64,000 nt of DNA, taken from NCBI GenBank assembly GCA_963758525.1, contig CAVWVQ010000003.1, positions 3,072,001 through 3,136,000 of the forward strand, given 5' to 3'. The notes under the pieces were generated by a model. That model did no database searches. It worked only from the letters and a program-made list of their open reading frames with translations, and had not been told where the DNA came from. The position numbers and the translations under genes were made by a program. The DNA is from an uncultured Phycisphaerales bacterium (GTDB lineage Bacteria; Planctomycetota; Phycisphaerae; Tepidisphaerales; Tepidisphaeraceae). Of this stretch, positions 19,090-29,242 are shown piece by piece (position 1 is the first letter of the stretch; each line of letters begins with the position of its first letter).

Positions 19090-19278
19090 TCAGGCGCGAT
19101 CTAGCGCCTTCCGCGGACGGCCGCGGCCACGTTTGGCGGCTTCCCACAACGCCCGGTCTTTGCGCGACAGCGGACGCGTCTCACGGTAGTCGGTACCCTT
19201 GGCGAGTCTCGCCGCTTCAGCGTCCCGCTCTCCCGCGTTCATCTCGAAAAATGACTTCGCCGATTTCCTGTTTCGCAT
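19090..19278 (-). pseudogene. Antitoxin-like ORF (BrnA-like ...RGRGRPRK), apparently lacking its C-terminal DNA-binding part
   Basis: SD GAGGTG; RPLSRKDRALWEAAKRGRGRPRK then early stop. Confidence 0.5.
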
Positions 19279-19282
19279 TTGA

Positions 19283-19398
19283 TCACCTCTGGTTTCTGCG
19301 ATATTGCTTCAATCTGCGTCCGTCGAGCGGCATTGCATGAATGATGCAGACGCCCTTGGCGTCGGCGTTATCAGCGAGTTCGCCGAGATCCGCAACAA
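19283..19398 (-). pseudogene. C-terminal relic of a BrnT-like toxin
   Basis: Start-less frame ...ADAKGVCIIHAMPLDGRRLKQYRRNQR*, ending 4 nt before the antitoxin-like ATG. Confidence 0.45.
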
Positions 19399-19418
19399 CG
19401 GGCGCATGGCAAACGATG

Positions 19419-20607
19419 CTACTTCGACGGACGCTCTTTCAGATCAGCCTGCGCTTCCTGAAGCGAGAGGACCGCGAACGTCGTCGCCAGGACGGGCTTG
19501 CTCTCCATCCACTTCTGGGTGCCGTTGAAGCTGCCGTCGTCTTTTTGGACGGCGGCGAGTTTGTCGATCAACTCGATTCGCCAATCGTGCTTATTGCCCT
19601 TCGAGTCGGTGATGATCGGCTCGCCGTAGGCGCGCAGGCGCGGGCGAGCGTGTGATAATAATAGAACAAACCGCTGTCACCAGCGCCGGGTCATTGGCGT
19701 TCATGCCGGGGTTCACGTCGAGCGTCCAGTTGTTGCTCACCCATTTCCAGGCAGCTTTGACGCGGGGATCATCTTTGGTCAGCCCGGCATACATCATGCT
19801 TTTGAGCCCGGCATAGGTCATTGAGCCGTAGCTGCGGAGCAGTTTTCGGCCGTCGGGACCGGTGTACTCGCCGGCCGGGGAGCTTCCGCCGTCGGCGGGG
19901 AAGTAGACGAAGCCGCCGTCGTCGCCGGCCCATTTCTGATCGTTGGTTTCGGAGTTGTTCTGGCAGCGGGTGACAAATTTGAGCGCGGCCTGAAAGGCCG
20001 GATCATCGCTCTTCATGCCCGCGTCCTTCAGAGCGTCGAGGGCGAAGTTCGTGTTGCTGTCGTCGGCGCGGCCCTGGCGGCCGTATCCGAATCCCCCGAA
20101 GTTTGGGTTGCTCGGATCGACTTTTTTGCTCTGCTCCGGCAGGCCTTCGATTTTGTCCGTCCATTGCAGATCGCGGAGATACTTCACCGCCTTGTCGAGG
20201 TGGTCCTTGTATTCTGCCTCTTTTGAAACGGCGATCGCACTGACCGCAATCGCGGTGTTGTAGGTCGCCAGCATATCGGCGGAGATGCTGCCGTCGGGCT
20301 TCTGATAGGAGAGGAGTTTGTCGAAGCCCTTGTCGAGAAACGGATTTTCCGGGTCGTAGTGAGAGTTCTGCATGAACGCCTTGAGGACCAGCGCCGTGAT
20401 CGCGGGCGGGTCAGACGGCTGCTGCCAGCCGAAGTCGGGGTTCTGATGGGCTTTGAGATAGAGAAGGCCCTTTTCGATGGACGCCTCGGCGCGATCGGCG
20501 GGGGGTGAAGGTTGTGTGGTCACATCGTTGTTCGCCAGCGTTGATAAGGCCGTAGCGAGTAAGAGGGCGATCGATGCGGATGTCGCTAGATAACGGGGAC
20601 ACGGCAT
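19419..20607 (-). CDS. Secreted prenyltransferase/squalene-cyclase-repeat (alpha/alpha barrel) protein, frameshifted ~19640-19690
   Basis: Signal peptide; repeats QNPDFGW, QKPDGSI, GGFGY, DDGGFVY, YGSMTYAGLKS; tail HDWRIELIDKLAAVQKDDGSF...KERPSK* read manually. Confidence 0.82.
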
Positions 20608-20700
20608 GGTTGATTTCTCCTCTGTCCAACTATCGTAGGCGCAGGATATGAATGCTAACAGAGTCGAGACGGTGGCGGGAAATTATTGCACTCGCGCGAA

Positions 20701-22639
20701 CTAAAACGGCAACGACTGATCCATCCAATCGTCACTGCGGAGCACCTGTTTTCGATTGAACCGCGCGAATCGCTCGGCCTTGGCCTGTGCCATGGCGATA
20801 AGTCGTCCCGCACCGATGGTGCGCCAGGCCTTTCGCGCGATCGGTGCGTGACGCAGAAACAGGTCGTCTTCGGCGCAGGCAAAGAGCTGGGCGCACCCAG
20901 GATCTCCCTGACGGGCGGCTCTGCCGAAGAGCTGGCGGTCGACGCGGCCCGAGCCGTGGGGTTCGGTGGCGATCACGTGGAGACCGCCCATCTCGGCGAC
21001 GCCTTTGGCGAGCTTGATGTCGGTGCCGCGGCCGGCCATGTTGGTGGCGACGGTGATCATGCCGCGGGTGCCGGCTTCAGAGACGATCGAGGCTTCGCGC
21101 GCGGTCTGGGTGGCGTTGAGCACGCGATGCACTTTGCTTAAATCGGTGAGCCGTTTGCTCACTTCCTCCGACGCCAGCACGCTGCGGGTTCCGACGAGAA
21201 CGGGGACACCCTTCTCGTTCAGTTCGCAGACGCGCTGGATGACGGCCGTCCATTTTTCTTCCATCGTATCGAACATGCGCAGCGGAAGCAGCGTGCGGAT
21301 GCACGGGCGGTTGGTCGGAATGCGCACAACGGGGCGCTGATAGATCTGCCAGAGCTCGCCGGCAGATTCCCATGCGGTGCCGGTCATGCCGCTCATGTCA
21401 GGATACTGGCGGAAGAAGCGCTGGAAGCTGAGACGGGCGAGGTTTTCCTTGTCAGCGGTGACATTGACTCCCTCCTTGACCTCGATCGCCTGGTGCAGCC
21501 CGTGCCGCCAGCTTCGATCGGCCATCACGCGGCCCGTGAACTCGTCGATGATCTGCACCTTCCCGTCTTCGGCGACGAGATAATGCTCGTCGCGGACGAA
21601 ACAATGGCGTCCGCACAGCGCCTGCGTCACCAGCTCTTCGCGCCGGCGCTTGCCTTTCCAGAAGCCGGAGGCGGCCGAGAGTTGTTCCAGGCGTTCCTGT
21701 CCATTGGCGGTCAGATCGACGCTGCGAACCGTGCGGTCGATGGTGAAGTCGCGACCGAATTGAAGCTGCTGGGCCAGCTCGTCGGCGGCGCGGTAGTGCG
21801 TGGCATTGGGCTCGTCATCGGGAGAATTGGAAATGATCAGCGGGGTCACCGCTTCGTCGATGAGAAGGCTGTCCGCTTCGTCGACCAGGGCGCGCGCCAG
21901 GCCGGGAACCATCAGCCGCCCCGCAAAGCTGGAGGCGCCGCCGGCGAGTTGACGCACGGAGGTCTGGGTGCTGGTGCGGAGCGTGCCGAGCTGAAGCTGA
22001 TCGCGGAGGAAATCGGCCACCAGCTCCTTGCTCGTGCAGTAGACCACGTCGCGGCGGTAGTGATCGATGCGCTCATTGGCGGGAAGATCATGGACGATGG
22101 CTCCGGCACGCAATCCGAGCATGCGGTAGACCGGCCCCATCTCGTGAGCGTCGCGTTCCACCAGATAATCGTTGACGGTAATCACGTGCACGGGCCGTCC
22201 GCGCCAGGCGAGCAGCGAAGCGGCGAGCGAAGCGGTGAGCGTCTTGCCTTCCCCGGTTGCCATTTCCGCGACGGCGCCGCCGATCATCGCCAGCGCCCCC
22301 ATGATCTGCACGTGGAAGGGCCGCATTCCCAGCGCCCGCCACGCCGCCTCGGCGCCAGGGCCATGGCGCGATCTTCGGCCTCTCCCTCAAGCCGGCCGCG
22401 CCGCGCCAGCGCCGCGCATCGGCCACCGCGTCGCGAAACCGTTCGGCGCCCAGCTCGCGGATCTGAGGCTCGAGCTGCTCGATCCGATCCGCCTGCGCGC
22501 GAAGGCGCGCCAACATCGGCCGGCGGTTCTTAAACCATCCATGCACCCCGTTGGCGGCGGCGTCGAGTCCCTTGAGTTCCGGCGCTTTTACCCGCCGGGC
22601 GTCAAAGATCGCGTAAAGTTCGTCAGTGGCGGAAGTCAT
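20701..22639 (-). CDS. secA: Accessory, C-terminally short SecA-family (SecA_DEAD) ATPase; frameshifted ~22340-22420
   Basis: EMATGEGKT, HVITVNDYLVERD, VDEADSLLIDEA, IIDEFTGRVM, GMTGTA, VATNMAGRGTDI, RVDRQLFGRAARQGDPG; ends shortly after NBD2. Confidence 0.9.
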
Positions 22640-22645
22640 TGGGGG

Positions 22646-22903
22646 GAAGGCACGAAGGCACGAAGGCACGAAGGCACGGAGGGAAGAGGGAACGAGAAGC
22701 ACGAAAGGGACGAGAGGCACGAAGGCACGTAGGCACGTAGGCACGGAGGGGAAGATAGGCGGTGAAGGGGGAGGAAATTCATCGAGTTACTCATGGCCTT
22801 CTCTGATTGCTCGTAAGTGCGCGAAAACTTTGACCGAGGAAGGCACGATGCGAAAATCCGGGCCTGACTCTGATTTTCCCTTCGTGCCTCCGTGCCTTCT
22901 TCC
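22646..22903. repeat. Octamer-array inverted bracket filling the M50-to-secA junction
   Basis: (gaaggcac)n at 22646-22750; complementary ttcgtgcctccgtgccttc at ~22881-22899. Confidence 0.85.
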
Positions 22904-22904
22904 T

Positions 22905-25096
22905 TTACATCCACGGACTGTTCTTCGTCTGAATCAACTGGAGGAACTTTCGCTTCCATTGCACGAACAACGGCGTGCTGTCGAGAGTGAAACGCACGTA
23001 CACGCGCTGGCCGGGATAGTACTTGCCGCTGGGATTCGAGACGGGGACGTCCACCTCAAACTGCTCGTTCTGCGATTTAGTGGGATCCTTGGGATCCACC
23101 GGCTCGTCTTCGCCGCCGGGCTGGGCGACGGCGGGGCTCGGGAGGTCGCGCGTGGCGGCGCCGATCGGACGCGGCGCGCCGGCGGGAACCGCCGTTCCAA
23201 GATCGCCGGCAAATTGCACCGCCGTCTTGTTCACGTGCCCGATGATCAACTGCGATTCAATCTGCTCCAGCAGCACCTTCACGGTCAGCTCGGTATTGCG
23301 GGCGATCGTGCAGATCTCCTGGCCCTTCTGGAGATAGCGACCTTCATACAGATTGATGTCGGGAGCGATCAGCTCGCCATCGATGGTCGCCCGCACGGTC
23401 AGTTCGTCCCGGCGGCGCTGCATTTCGTCGAGTTGCACCTGCAGCGTGTCAACCACTTCCTGGTCGATCGCCTCTTGAGCCGTGTCCTCGGCGCCGAGGC
23501 GAGCATCTTGATCCGAGCCGCCTGCAACTCGGCCTGCTTCTGCGCGATCTGGCTGTCGAGCTCGGGATCACGGCAGATCAGCAGCAGATCGCCGGGCGTT
23601 TTGTCATGCGGACCGTGAACCCATTGATGATCGTGCGCAATCACCTCCGTGACAAAGCCGCCGCGCCGCGCGTTGAGCTTGTCGTGCGCGGTTGCTTCGG
23701 CGATGCCGACCTGTCCGACGTGCATCGGGAAGCGGATCAGCCCGATGACGATGATCGCGATCGCCGCCACCGCCAGGCAGAACGCCGTCGCGCGGCCGCG
23801 CTTGCGATGCAGTTCCGGGTCGAGCGCAAGATACTTGAAGACTTTGACGACCGGGACCACAAGCCAGGTGATCAATCCGCCGATCGCCATCAGCATTCCC
23901 AGCACAGGGATCTGGTAGGCCACGAGCAGGATGATGAGCACGCCGATGAACGTGCGATAGATGGATGACGAAATCGCGTAGGCAAACAGCCAGAAGCGCT
24001 GCAACGGCGGAGGGAGCGGCTGCTGGAGCTTGATGCGGAACACATGCCGCTTGATCAGGCCCATCGCATATTCGGTGCTCTTCTGGCGGAGATTGGGGAT
24101 CTCCAGGAAATCGGAAAGGATGTAATAGCCGTCGTAACGGAGCAGAGGGTTGGCGTTGAAGATGACCGTCGTGACGCTCGCGACAAGCATCGCGTTGAAC
24201 GCAAGCTGGCGGACGAGATGCGTCTCGTTGGTGTTGCGCCAGACGAACGCGCAGAGGGCGGCGAAGAAGAGCTCGACGATCATGCCCGCCGCGCCGACGA
24301 AGATGCGCTGCCATTTGCTTGGGAAAGACCACGCACTGGACGCGTCAACATAGGGCGTGGGAACGAAGACCAGGAACATAATTCCCAGCTCGTGGCATTC
24401 GCCGCCAAAGCGCCGGCAGGAAAAGGCATGGCCCAGCTCATGGATGAGTTTGATGAAGACGAAGACGCTCCAAAGCCACAGCAGGTTGATCGTATTCCCC
24501 TTGATATCGACGGCGTGGCGCGCAGAGTCCTGCAGCCCGTGGGGGCCATTCCACTGGGGGGCGATCACCACCAGCGCCGAGATGATCACCGCCAGCCAGA
24601 CCACCACCCCGAGCTTGCTGAACATGACGCGGGCCAGCGGCATCCACCGGCGGAGAAACCGGTCCGGATCCCACAGCGGAATGCGCGGGAAGAGCACGTT
24701 CATCAGCCGGCCCTGCATCTTGCGCTTGGTGAGCTGCTTGTGCCGGCGGAGCAGAACCGTGGCGTCGGGCGTAACGTCGGCCTCGATCAGATTGGCCGAG
24801 TAAAGATGCGACAGAATCTGGATCACTTCCGGCTGCGTAGGCGCATCGTCGGCAAGCTGTCCGCCGCACAATTCCCACGCTTCTTCGACGGTTCGCGACC
24901 CGTCGAGCAGTCCGACGAATCGGTAAGCCGGGTCGCTGAGCCGGTGAAACTGATTGCCCGCCGGGTCGCGTACGACGTACCAGCGGTCGCCGCGATAGAA
25001 CTGACGCGAGATATGGGCGCTGACGCGCAGCCGCACGCGCAGCTCCGCAACGCGGTACCAGGACTCGGAAAAAGTGGGCCGTAGTTGGAGAGTCAT
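22905..25096 (-). CDS. PqqD-like N-domain + M50 (site-2) metallopeptidase + HlyD-like adaptor fusion; frameshifted ~23480
   Basis: LLDGSRTVEEAW...LSHLYSANLI; KLIHELGHAF (HExxH); FNANPLLRYDGYYIL; C-terminal LTVRATIDG, YYPGQRVYVRF. Confidence 0.88.
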
Positions 25097-25114
25097 CTGG
25101 GGTTCAGTGTGATT

Positions 25115-25630
25115 GAGGGTTCAGGGTGTCAGGGTTCAGGGTGTCAGGGTTCAGGTAGGGAGGACGGGTTAAGATCCAGGGTTGGGCGCAGGGAAGCGAC
25201 GGTCGCTGGGGGCGAGTTGTTGTTCCAAAGTTCTTTCCAGTCCGTTAAGCATTTTTACGCACTCGGTATAGCGCTCGCGGTAGTCGTTATACGTTTCTTC
25301 TGTCAGGTAGCCTTTCAGCATCGCTATGTACAAGTGATGAACCGCTTCCAGCGATTCGCCCCTTGCACGGTTTGCGCCTTCAATTTTATTCCGCACATGC
25401 CGATCGCTGTGCTTCTCGGCCAGTTGCGCCGGAGCGCTGTTCGAACAGCGCCTTATCTGGGACACCAGCTCAAACCGTTCTTCCCTTGGCCATTTCGCGG
25501 ACAGCTGACAAACCTCCAAGTGCAACACGCACAACTTCTGATAAATGCTCAGATCCTCAATCCGCTTAAATCCCACCACAACCATCCCCTCCGAAATCCT
25601 GAACCCGGACCCCTGACACCCTGAACCCTC
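25115..25630. mobile_element. Inverted-repeat-bracketed cassette carrying a four-helix-bundle gene
   Basis: gagggttcagggtgtcaggg (25115-25134) is the exact reverse complement of ccctgacaccctgaaccctc (25611-25630); arms are 7/8-mer tandem arrays (25115-25155, 25598-25630). Confidence 0.7.
25169..25585 (-). CDS. Four-helix-bundle protein (23S rRNA IVP / Avd-like family)
   Basis: FKRIEDLSIYQK...WPREERFELVSQIRRCSNSAPAQLAE...ARGESLEAVHHLYIAMLKGYL...KMLNGL; SD GGAGGGG. Confidence 0.9.
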   Translation of the reverse strand: MVVVGFKRIEDLSIYQKLCVLHLEVCQLSAKWPREERFELVSQIRRCSNSAPAQLAEKHSDRHVRNKIEGANRARGESLEAVHHLYIAMLKGYLTEETYNDYRERYTECVKMLNGLERTLEQQLAPSDRRFPAPNPGS

Positions 25631-25632
25631 TC

Positions 25633-27581
25633 TCACATCCACAACTTGAGCTTCAGGAAGTCGATCAGCCGGTGCGTCCAGATCCAGGCGACGCTGCGCT
25701 TGGCGACGTCGACGCGCGCTTCGCCTTTCATGCCGGGGCGCAGGTGGGGACGGCTTTGCCGGTGAGGGTGACGTAGACGCGGAAATTGTTGGTCCCTTCT
25801 TTCGGATCGGGAATGGGGATGATGCGCTCGACGACAAAATCGAACGAGTCGCCCGGCTGGGCGTTGGTGGCGAGGGTTCCGTGCTGGCCGATGTGAATGT
25901 TCTGGATGTCGCGGTCATCGACGGTCAGTTCGCCGCGCAGGTCGTGATCGCTGCCGATTTCGAAGAGCACGTCGCCGGTCTTGACCGGGGAATCGAGTTT
26001 ATCTTCCAGGTCACCCTTGAGGATCTCCGCGTCGACCGGGGCGACGATCGTGCCGCGGGCGATTTGGGCGCTGAGAAAATCCACTTCGTTTTTAGCTTCT
26101 TCACCTTCCGAGATGGAAACCTGTTCCTCGGCGGTCTTTTCCTCGGCGCGGTAGCGGGCGGCTTCCTTGGTCTTGGTGTTCACGCGGGCCTGCGCCTCGG
26201 CCAATTTCAGCTTCATGTCGGTGGTGTCGAGCATGGCCAGGGTCTGGCCCGCCTTGATCATGTCACCTTGACGGAGCGGCTTGCCATCCGGGCCCTTGCC
26301 CACTTCGCTGATAAAGCCTTCGAAGGGCGCGGGAATCTGGCAATGCGCCCGCGAGGCAAACTCGAACGAGGCGCTGACGTGGTACATCGGCCTGATGACG
26401 AAGATGCCGACGAGGATCAGCGCGACGCCGATGGCGATCAGCTTGCCGAGCATATGCTGCGGGCCAACGGCACGCTTGGCGAGTTCGCGGATGCTGATCC
26501 CGGCTTTGGTGATCAGCCAGCGATCGTTCTGAAATCGGTCGTACAGTTGTGGAGCCAGCAGATCGATGGCGATGCTCAGCGCCTGCCCGACGTTAGGCCC
26601 CAGTTTTTCCTGCGCGGGGAATTCGGCGGTGATGACGCCGATGATCTCATCGCGCCGCCGCAGCGGCAGCGAGAGGACAGCGGCGCCGCCCTGCTCGCGG
26701 GAAAACGCGGCGGCTTCGCGCGTGACGTTCTGGGTGTTTTGCCCGGCGGGATCGAACTGAACGATTTCGTCCTGATCCGCGCATTCCTCCATCACCTTCT
26801 CGAGCGAGACGATCAGTTCCTGTTTCTTGTCGAATTCCTCAGTGTGCGAGATCGCCTTGACGCGGACGTTTCGCCCCTTCACCCAGCCCATGGTCACGCG
26901 CGACGCGTGCGCCCGGCCGGCCAGCTCGTTGCACAGATTCATCGCCGCCGACTCAAACCCTTCGGCCGTCGCGACGGAGGTGGAGAGCTGCAGCACGTGC
27001 TGATGGCTCTCGGCAATCAACTTGCTCTGCTCGGCAAGGCGGCGCAGGGTGAACAACTCGAAATATCCGGCCACGAGCTTCATCGAGTTGAGGCGCTGGC
27101 GGGCGCGTTCCAGATCGAGGCAGCGGGCGATGACCGCGGAGACGGCCACCACCTCGTTGTCCGCGCGCAGGAGCGTGACGAGGCAGAACTGTGTTTCGTG
27201 AGTGTCGCCGGTCATTCCCAGTTCGATTGCGCCGTCCTTCATCTGCTGCACGCAGGGAACGACCAATTCCTGGAACGCCGACACGGCCGCGGTGCGAACC
27301 TGGGCGCTGCTGTTGTCATGGCGGAGATGCGCGAGAAGGCGGAGGGAGACCGATTCGTCCGCGCGTTCGATGAGAAAGCCGACGGCTTCGGTTCCCGCAA
27401 CGGTCGTCGCCTGCGTGCTGATCAGCTCAGTGACGAATGCGGGGAGATCCCGGGCGTCGATCAGGCGCTGCGCCAGCTCCGAGCGGTGCCCGCTGGGTTG
27501 CGCGGTTCCCTGCGCCTGTTCGGCTTCAGAACTTTGCGATGATTCGACTATCCCTTCAGCCACGAATTGCTCCTTGCTCAC
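25633..27581 (-). CDS. HlyD/MFP-family adaptor with N-terminal GAF-like region; frameshifted ~25745
   Basis: GAF-like AAVLSLPLRRRDEIIGVIT; TM; lipoyl-like IPAPFEGFISEV and IVAPVDAEI; tail RPGMKGEARVDVAKRSVAWIWTHRLIDFLKLKLWM*. Confidence 0.85.
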
Positions 27582-27656
27582 TTGCGCTTGCGTGCCGCAT
27601 GCAGATCAGATCAGTTGCGGAGCTGCCCTGCGGGGCAGCCGCTAAACTTTGCCGGT

Positions 27657-28523
27657 TCAGTGCTCCGCGGAGTTGACAGATGCGACGGCGTCCGACGTCT
27701 TCACCTGCACCTGCAATCCCGATTGCCGGCCGGCGGCGTTTGCGAGTTGCAGGCGGACTTTTTGGCGATCGCTCCGGGCATCAGCCTCGGGCGCCACGAA
27801 AATGACCTGCGCCTCGAGCCACTTGTCTTCGCTGGCGTAACGCACGTCCATCATCTGCTGCTTGTGAATGTTTTTCACGACGCCTGTCGGCAGCTCTACT
27901 TCGACATACAGCGGATCGTTCTGGATGATGGTCATGATCGGCTTGGAGACATCCGAAGAGGCAGCTTCGCCGACATGCGTGTTGATCTTCGATACCACGC
28001 CCGCCACCGGACTGCTCAACTGTTTCAGTTTGATCTTCGCCTGCTCCTGCTCGACCTCCGCCATGGCCTTCTGCTTTTCCTGCTCGGCAAGCTGGATGCG
28101 AATGGCCGCGATCACCTCATTGACCTTGGCTTCTTCCAGTTCGCTCTCGCCGACGACGTTATCCTTCCGCATTTCCTGTTTGCGCTTGAGTTCAACCACC
28201 TTGGCGTCGTGATCTGCCTTGGCGGCGATGATCTGCAGATCGGAGTTGGCCTCGACTTGGGCCACTTTCACGGCGGCCTCCTCCAAGACGCAATCCTGCA
28301 CCGCGATCAGTTGGCCGGCCGTTACCACGTCGCCTTCCTTGACCGGCTCTTCGCTCACCACGCCGGGGCCGTTAAACGACACGTCCCGCGACTCGGAAGG
28401 CTTGGTGAAACCGGGATACAGCGTTTCATCGCCTTGCGCGACAACTGTCCCGGCACAAAGCAGCACCAGCCCGGCCCCGCAGCGGCCCCAAGCACCAAAT
28501 CCAGCAAATGTCTTCAAAGCCAT
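27657..28523 (-). CDS. Efflux RND/T1SS periplasmic adaptor subunit
   Basis: Signal peptide; VSFNGPGVVSEEPVKEGDVV; coiled coil; LSSPVAGVV; FVAPEADARS. Confidence 0.88.
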   Translation of the reverse strand: MALKTFAGFGAWGRCGAGLVLLCAGTVVAQGDETLYPGFTKPSESRDVSFNGPGVVSEEPVKEGDVVTAGQLIAVQDCVLEEAAVKVAQVEANSDLQIIAAKADHDAKVVELKRKQEMRKDNVVGESELEEAKVNEVIAAIRIQLAEQEKQKAMAEVEQEQAKIKLKQLSSPVAGVVSKINTHVGEAASSDVSKPIMTIIQNDPLYVEVELPTGVVKNIHKQQMMDVRYASEDKWLEAQVIFVAPEADARSDRQKVRLQLANAAGRQSGLQVQVKTSDAVASVNSAEH

Positions 28524-28765
28524 GAAATCTCCGACGCCAGTTCGCGTATGATTCATCTGAACAGGACCGAGGCCGGGTAAAAGCCCCTAAGCCCCACCTG
28601 CTGTCGCCACACCGAAGCTCAGTTCACTACTTCTGGATCGACATCGCGAAGAAAGCGTCTTGAGGGCGACTGGTAATTCCGCGCATTAATCGCAGAGCCA
28701 GTTTATCAGGCAACTTACCCTCGCGCCAATCCCATGCAACCGTACGCCCGCCCGAGCGGTTCGGT

Positions 28766-29143
28766 TCAACCATATCCGAGCTGATCCAAATCGCCCTCAT
28801 CCAGCCCGAAGTGATGGCCGATTTCGTGCAGCACGGTTTTGCGGACGCGGTCCACCAGATCAGCCTCGTTTGCGCTCGCCAACTCTATGTCATTTTGGAA
28901 GATATAGATCACAGCGGGCATCGGCGGCGCCTCCACGGAGCGACGGGTCAGCGGTGAACCTTGGTACAGTCCCAGCAACAGCCTGCCGTCTTCCAGCCCC
29001 ACACTGCGCCGCTGGGTTGCCGTCGGGCGGTCCCGAATTTCGACCGGCACCTCTTCCAGAGCGGCGGCAAACTCCCCAGGCACCTCCGATAATACCTGCT
29101 CGACGAATGCCGAGAATTGCGCTTTGCCGACGTGGTATGCCAT
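28766..29143 (-). CDS. Zincin-like metallopeptidase (DUF1025)
   Basis: LLGLYQGSPL, TVLHEIGHHFGLDE. Confidence 0.9.
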   Translation of the reverse strand: MAYHVGKAQFSAFVEQVLSEVPGEFAAALEEVPVEIRDRPTATQRRSVGLEDGRLLLGLYQGSPLTRRSVEAPPMPAVIYIFQNDIELASANEADLVDRVRKTVLHEIGHHFGLDEGDLDQLGYG

Positions 29144-29242
29144 CGCTAGTATCTCTTCATTACGCCGATTGCGGGTGTTTCGCGTGCCGCCAACCGACGA
29201 CGCGCGGCTATCGGATGGTTCATTCCTCTGGCTGAGGTGTTC

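Noticed and set aside
22646..22750. CRISPR array from GAAGGCAC repeats (also 55257-55365 and 59368-59452)
   Set aside because: Units are 7-8 nt tandem with no unique 30-40 nt spacers, and there are no cas genes.
19419..25096. RiPP or hopanoid biosynthetic cluster (PqqD-like domain, peptidase, cyclase fold)
   Set aside because: No precursor peptide or modifying enzyme is recognisable, and the cyclase-like protein lacks DxDD and is exported.
25881..27542. Long plus-strand ORFs antisense to real genes (also 24044-25084, 54857-56434, 57984-59546 and minus-strand 33587-34795)
   Set aside because: Shadow ORFs expected from high-GC codon bias; no motifs; opposite to well-supported genes.
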